DNA of 20,000 nucleotides, from the NCBI GenBank assembly GCA_003971905.1, contig RSEE01000017.1, forward strand, positions 796,674-816,673, given 5' to 3'. This DNA is from Moniliella sp. 'wahieum'. Taxonomy: Eukaryota. The position numbers and the translations under genes were made by a program. Positions 13,868-20,000 of this stretch are shown one piece after another. The stretch's first letter is position 1, and each line of letters begins with the position of its first letter. The notes beneath the pieces were generated by a model. The model searched no databases and was not told the origin of the DNA. It worked only from the letters and a program-made list of their open reading frames with translations.

Positions 13868-15077
13868 CTACTTGGTGAAGATATAATCACGTCGTCCGGC
13901 TGGCAAATTACATGGATCAGTAAGGCTCCGCTAACTTAAAGGCAGGAGGAAGTAACGTACTGCAACGCGGTGGGTCAATCCGACCTTTTGTTCTTGTGGG
14001 AACTTGGATGACTTGCCATAGACCAGGGCATACTTAAACTTGTCCACAATCGCCCTGTGCACGGCATGGCACACGTGCTCAACAGTAGCATCCTTGCGCA
14101 CAACCAAAGGGTCTGCCAAATCAGGGTGCTGCCCCCGCTTCTTGGTGTAGATGCGCACAAGTCCAAGGTGCTCCCAAATCGTGGCCACCAGCCCGTCCAA
14201 GTTCAAGTCCATCTCCGCCGAGATGACGATCGAGTTGGGCTGGTGCGCCAATCGGTCCACCTCCTCCATCGAGATGGAGTCAATCTTGTTGTACACATAC
14301 AGACACGGCGTGTACTTTCGGTTTCCCAGGACCACATCGATAAACTCGTCAACTGAGATGTCCTCTCGAACCAGCACATCCACATTGTGCATCTTGTACC
14401 CCTTCAGAATCGTTTGGATCATCTTTTCATCAATCTTGGTCAAGGTGACACCTGTGCCTTTTGTCACCACAATCCCACCCGTCATCTTGCGCTTGATGGT
14501 TACTGTATCCATAAGCATCAGTAACGCCCTTCATCGGGTCAGTGGATACGTACCATCCGGACGGGTCTTGTTGAGGCGGATACCGACATCCTCCAACTCC
14601 TTCTCCAGCTGAGGCCGCTGCAGCGCCGACTTGGTCGCATCAAGCATGATCAAAATAAGATCTGCCGTTTTGGCAACCGACACTACTTGCTTACCACGTC
14701 CACGGCCCTGCGCGCACCCTCAATAATCCCTGGCAAGTCAAGCAGCTGGATTCGGGCACCATCATACTCCAGCACACCGGGGATGGCGGTGAGGGTGGTA
14801 TATTCGTACGCGGCCGCCTCGGAGCCGTATCGGTCAGTTTGCTCAGCAGCGTCGACTTGCCCACCGACGGAAACCCAATCAGTGCAACCCGTGCGTCGCC
14901 CGACTTCATCACGTCGAACCCCTCGCCAGGGCGGGAGGACTTGGAGGCCGGCTCAAGGAGCTCCATGCGCAAGCGCGCCAGCTTGCCGCGCAGCAGCCGA
15001 GATGGTACTCTCGCCTTGTTCTTCTGTGTGCGTGCGATCTCATCCTCAATCTCCTTGATCTTCTCGGCCACCCCCAT
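13868..15077 (-). CDS. RBG2: Developmentally regulated GTP-binding protein 2 (DRG2/Rbg2)
   Basis: [78 protein letters not shown] domain with [13 protein letters not shown]. Introns 14503-14553 and 13900-13960; last exon PDDVI.IFTK-TAG. Confidence 0.95.
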
Positions 15078-15223
15078 GATGTGCGCGGCGACGAAGGTAG
15101 CAGTGTGGTGGGGGTTGGTGCGTCACCTGTCTGCTCCAAGAGCCGCAGTGGATGGTTTTCCGCCCCAAGTCAAGCCAAGCCAGGCCAAGCCAAATTTCGA
15201 GCCAAACCGCCCCATTCCGCCAT

Positions 15224-15239
15224 GCCATCACGTGATGGC
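15224..15239. promoter_or_regulatory. Perfect 16-bp palindrome with TCACGTGA E-box core upstream of RBG2
   Basis: GCCATCACGTGATGGC is its own reverse complement and lies about 150 bp upstream of the RBG2 ATG. Confidence 0.45.
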
Positions 15240-15412
15240 GAGGCCAACCACGCCGGCCAATCCGTCTTCCGTTTGATGCTCCTGGAGGCAGACGCTGCTG
15301 CAGGCTGCTCCTCCACCGCCCAGTGACCGCCTCTAGAACCCATTCCCTCACGTCCTCTGACGCTGGTCTCCGTGTCCGTGTTTCCTTCACCACCAATCCT
15401 TCGGCGTTAGGC

Positions 15413-15417
15413 AAAAA
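15413..15417 (-). terminator. RNA polymerase III terminator (T5) of tRNA-Glu
   Basis: TTTTT on the minus strand, 2 nt after the discriminator base. Confidence 0.75.
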
Positions 15418-15419
15418 TG

Positions 15420-15507
15420 TTCCCCGACCGGGAGTCGAACCCGGGTCTTGACGGTTCACCACGCAGGCGTTGAGAGCGTCACATCATAGCCGTTGGACCA
15501 TCGAGGA
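15420..15507 (-). tRNA. tRNA-Glu(CTC): tRNA-Glu (anticodon CTC) with 16-nt canonical intron (15455-15470)
   Basis: Acceptor stem TCCTCGA/TCGGGGA; A-box TGGTCCAACGG; anticodon arm TGACG-CT-CTC-A[intron ACGCCTGCGTGGTGAA]C-CGTCA; T-arm CCGGG-TTCGACT-CCCGG. Confidence 0.95.
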
Positions 15508-15558
15508 GTATGGGTGTTTTGTTCAAACCATGTTCCAGGGAGATAGGAGACTGAGGGT

Positions 15559-15656
15559 GGATGATGGATGATCGATGATTCTTCAAGAGCTTCAAGCTTC
15601 AAGAGCTTCAAGCTTCACGAGCTTCACGCTTCACGCGCTTCACGCTTCATGTTCAC
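15559..15656. repeat. Compound minisatellite: (G/C)GATGAT x3, then a GCTTCA-core array with a 9+7 nt higher-order unit
   Basis: cttcaaga gcttcaa gcttcaaga gcttcaa gcttcacga gcttcac gcttcacgc gcttcac gcttcat gttcac. Confidence 0.85.
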
Positions 15657-16026
15657 TTGTGGAGTGCGGGGTAAAGCCACCCAACGCACAGCCGCAAAAA
15701 TGCCAAGACGTTCAATTCTTCATCAGCCGTCGGAGTAGCGTGGCGCAGCGGCATCAGAGATCTGTGAATGCCGGAGAGGAGTGCCGCGTCAGCGCGTCAG
15801 TACTCAGTGCCGCATCCGGCCGGAGCAAGCCGGAGCGCTGCTGTTCCGGAATACCCGAGATGTACTTACGAGGTCGGTGCTCAGGCTGAGCTGGACGCCG
15901 ATGCACCTTATCTGGCCCTTCCCCGCCCTCGATCTTTTTCTCCATCACCATCTGCCCCACTGTCCACTTTCCGCCGTGCTAGTGGCTTTCTCGACACTAT
16001 GCTTGAACACCGAGGCGATTCTGCAG

Positions 16027-18302
16027 CTCATACACCTCGCGGCGAGCGCCTGTCCACACGACCGTCCCCGCTCGGTCATCTGCTAGCACGCGCAAGACGG
16101 CAATCAGACTGCCGGCCCAAGAACGGGCAGCCTCTATTCCATCTTCCGCCTGCCCGGCAAGTTCCAAACGATATGGTTGGCAGAACGGACACGGCGGCCA
16201 TGACGACGTCAGTCAAAACAATCGATTGGTCTGGGGTGGCCCCGCCTTTCTCTCTCTCCCGGTCGAAATTGTCTGGGAGATTGCGTCTTGTGGCGTGCTC
16301 AACCCAGGCGAAATCGTTCGGCTGAGCTGTTGCAATCAAAGTGAGTTGTTTTCCTCCTCCGTCCAATATCTGCACGTCTTTGGTTTAGTTGCTGATACAT
16401 CTTGGTGCCTTGACCATCATCAGGCTTGTACGGGCGCTGGCCAATGATACTACCCCTGGAGGCACTATGCGCAGCGCACCCTATCCAGATTCAAGCCAAG
16501 GGTGGAGGTGACTGCCAAGACGTCTCTGTCGGAGGCCAGTTCCTTGTGCGGCGTGTTTCCAGAGGCGGAAACGTGGCGGTCGTTGCTGCTGACGCTAGAT
16601 CTCCAGGAGCGGCAGTATGGATGGACGCTATTCGGGGAGAGGCAAGCAACAGTACGGATTGCCAACGCAACACCTACTATTTCGGCCGTACAGGGCGGCT
16701 TGAGTGTCGGTGGTCGCCGTGGGCCGTGATGCGTATGAAACTGGCATTCACCTGCTCGACATGAAGACGTTGGCGTGCGTGTGGTCTTACAAGCCCAATG
16801 ACAACCCTAAACGGGGAGTCTCAACGGTACAAACGCAAGACGATTGGCTGTTGACGACATGGCATAATGGTATGGAGCCGATCTTTGCTTTCCATTGGGG
16901 GCATGTCACTTGGCAAGACTGACTCATCTGATTAATCAGGAAGTAACCCTCCTGCGGGTAGGCCCCCCCAGTGACACTTCACAAGTTCGGTCTTATTTGC
17001 CAGGACCCGCCCACATTTGGATACACCTCGAGGCCATGTGGGAATCATTTGCGCCCCGCGTTAAAGCCCAGCTTGTTTTGCCCTGGGTCTTTATTTTGTA
17101 CGTTTTCCACTCCTTTTGGCGGATTCCCCTGCTGAACTTTTCGGTGCTTCAGCGTCCCGGATCCCAATGATCTGAGACTGCATAAATATCATGTTGATCG
17201 GCCCAATGATCTCGTGGTGTCTTTTCCACTGCTCCATCTCCTTCACCTGACCCACCGTCCGGAACGATCGTACGTGTGTGCCTGTACGATTGAGCGTTCG
17301 TGTCGGTATATACAACAGAGCTAACCCTCGTTTGAACGAGTTATGCAGGCATCTTGACGATTTGCGTTTCAGACAAATGATTATGACCGACCAATTCCTC
17401 TTTGCAGATTTACTCTTTCAAGAGATCCCAATTTGGCAGTGCTCGATATTAGCAGCAGTGCCCCAAGAAATTGCAGACTGTGTGTTATTTGCCTGATATG
17501 ATCCAAGAGCCAGCCAAGTACCATTTGGATGAGATTGCGTCTTACGAATTCGGCCCTTGACCTAAACGAGACGCCTACGTTGAAACGATGCCCTGTGAGT
17601 GCTGAGTCCATGAACCGGTTAAGACCTGATGTTTTTCTGATCCTTTTGGCATGTGATAGTTGAGTCTCGTCTCGACGTGGCGAGGCCCATGGTGGCCCCT
17701 ATTTTGCCCGGATAGCGAAACAATCGTGTTTAAACCGGGCGCGATGACGATAGGATCGAGTCCAAACCAGACGAGGAATTCGAATTCCCAGTGATATGGA
17801 TCTTGCAAAACTACAAGCATGCATTTACGGGACAAGTGCACCGTGGGCGTGCGTCGTTGACGGGGATTTTGATGCTTGGACCCAATTTGGAGGGTCCTGC
17901 CGGCTCTGGTACACCCAATACGGAAGTTCATATTGCGTTAGTACCCCCCGTGGACGGACGCTTGTGGATAACCGTAGGGCTAAAGGGGGGGCCCTTCTGG
18001 GTACCTAAGCAAAAGAAATGGGGAAAGAAACGGGAAAAGACGAGGCACACACAAGAAATTTGGCATTGGGTGGTGGTGGACTGGAACATTTATCGCAAAG
18101 GACGGTGTTGGACCGGACGTGGGATCCAGTGCGAGTCACTGCGCTTCGACCCGGCACGATCAGGAGGTACGGATCACGGCTTGAATATGCGGCCGCTGGG
18201 GCGAACGAACCGGACGGAGGAGATGAGCCGCCCTATCTTAAGTTATCAGACGTGCCAAGAGGCATAGGGAATCCCGTGTCGCCGATACTGCCCGGTGGAT
18301 AA
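16027..18302 (+). CDS. Divergent multi-exon F-box protein (start and end uncertain)
   Basis: F-box-like FLSLPVEIVWEIASCGVLNPGEIVRLSCCNQ, intron 16341-16423, then LVRALAND..WRHYAQR. Further plausible introns near 16870-16939, 17097-17152 and 17270-17340. The downstream region is not recognisable. Confidence 0.55.
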
Positions 18303-18396
18303 GAGGCACAGAAGGGACCATCGCGTATTGGTGCAGTGGAACGCTCATGGCCTAGCCTAGTCATCTTCTGTCTGCCGATTGCATCGATACGGACAT

Positions 18397-19618
18397 ACTT
18401 GGGTGGTGGTACCTTGGATGTGTCGCTTCTGAACATCACGGGCGTGTATTCGCTGTCAGGGCTACAGCCGGTGACACCCAGCTTGGTGGTGAGGACTTTG
18501 ACAATGCTCTCCCTGAGCACTTCATGCGGACTTCCAAAAGAAGACCGGTCACGACATCTCGGGCGATGCTCATGCTGTGCGGCGTCTGCGCTCGGCCTGC
18601 GAGCGTGCCAAGCGCACTCTCTCGTCGCTCACCCCGACCACTGTTTAGATTGACTCTCTATTCCAGGTGAGGACTACGAGGCCAGCATCGTGCGTGCCCG
18701 CTTCGAGTCGATCAACAGGCTGCGTTCAAGGGTGCCCTCGACCCTGTGGCCAAGGTGCTGAAGGACTCAACGATCCCCGCCGACAAGGTAGACGACATTG
18801 TTCTCGTTGGTGGCTCGACGCGGATTCCCAAGATCCAGTCGCTCGTCTCGGAATTCTTTGGTGGCAGCCAGCTCAACAAGTCGATCAACCCCGATGAAGC
18901 GGTTGCGTACGGTGCTGCGGTCCAGGCCGCCGTGCTGACGGGCCAGACGTCCGACAAGGCGGCCAACCTGCTTCTGCTCGACGTGGCGCCCCTCTCTCTG
19001 GGTGTGGCCATGCAGGTCGATGTGCTTGGTATCGTGGTTCCCCGCAACAAGCCCGTCACTAGCAACAAGTCGCGTATCTTCACCACGGTTGAGGATAACC
19101 AGGCGCAGGTTACGTCCCCATGTCGAGGGGAGCGCACCCAGTGGAAGGACAACCGCCTGCTGGCGAGTTTGAGCCGACTGGCATCCCCCCTGCGCCCAAG
19201 GGCACGGTGGAGTTGCTCACCACCTTTGAGGTGGACGCAACGGTCTTCTTAAGGTCACTGCCCGAGAGAAGACATCGGGCCGCAAGGCCAACATCACCAT
19301 CACCAACTCTGTCGGCCGTCTTTCGAGCGCAGAGATTGACCAGGTGATCAAGGACTCGAAGAATTTCAAGGCATCCGACAAGGAGTTCCGGGCGCGCCAT
19401 GATGCCAAGAACGACCTGGAGGCGTACGTGAACCAGTTGAGACGACCATCTCCAGCCCTACCACCAAATTTAAGCGTGCAGCCAAGAACCGGATCGAGAC
19501 CGAGCTGGCCAAGGCCCTCGAAGTGCTCGACCTTTTGACGACGCCAAGGCGGACGACTTCCTCCATGCCTCGCTTCGCCTGAAGCGGTCTATGCAGAAGG
19601 CCATGTGGCGGTCGTTAA
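18397..19618 (+). pseudogene. SSB1: 5'-truncated, degenerate copy of ribosome-associated Hsp70 (SSB/sks2 type)
   Basis: Begins at LGGGT.DVSLLNI; contains [104 protein letters not shown] with no EEVD (SSB trait). The N-terminal ~200 aa (GIDLGTT etc.) are absent from the window. Confidence 0.8.
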
Positions 19619-19981
19619 GAAGGCTTCAGTCCTTGCTCCAAAAGGTCCTCATCACGATTCCCTCCCCTATTCTCCTGAAGTCCTACAAGGTTCTCCATGA
19701 ATCGCCCTGCGCCCCATTATGGTTCTACTCCCATAGTCCTTTTGCCCCCGACGTCTCCCAACGACACTAGTGTTTAGTGTTCCCAGGTTGGAGACGCAAC
19801 ACCTTGTCCTAACCCCATCAGAGGGCTGTTTCAGTTAAATTGGTCAACACCCAACTTTCCTCCGGCGTGCTAGTACTGGGCAATTGTCCATGCTGGGATG
19901 GTCTCTCCCTTACCCTCCTCTTCCCGTCCCCCTTCTCTTCCTCGATATAGTTCGCCCCGGTATCGTCTGTGCTGGTATGAT

Positions 19982-20000
19982 GGGTTAGGGTTAGGGTAGG
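19982..20000 (+). repeat. Start of a telomeric (TTAGGG)n tract
   Basis: gggttagggttagggtagg at the extreme 3' end, with the G-rich strand pointing outward. Only about 3 units are visible. Confidence 0.65.

Noticed and set aside
15581..15656. Repeat array as CRISPR or heat-shock element
   Set aside because: No unique spacers, eukaryotic context, and no properly phased alternating nGAAn units.

Overview
Eukaryotic, GC-rich, gene-dense fungal DNA, most likely a basidiomycete (short GT..CTRAC..AG introns, intron-containing tRNA, TTAGGG repeats at the right edge). Left to right: 3' tip of a gene, ATP synthase subunit K (ATP19), MYG1 exonuclease, a ~1 kb non-coding gap rich in helices, SERF/4F5, PRP2/DHX16 DEAH helicase, acetyl-CoA acetyltransferase, DUF1776 protein, tail-anchored inositol 5-phosphatase, RBG2/DRG2 GTPase and tRNA-Glu(CTC). 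A lower-GC distal block follows, with a divergent F-box gene, a 5'-truncated degenerate SSB-type Hsp70 copy and what looks like the start of a telomere. Nearly every gene has small deletions that break the frame, which I read as unpolished long-read error, so boundaries are approximate. The best leads are a candidate structured + strand RNA between MYG1 and SERF (including a possible two-state hairpin switch) and an apparently minimal chromosome end.
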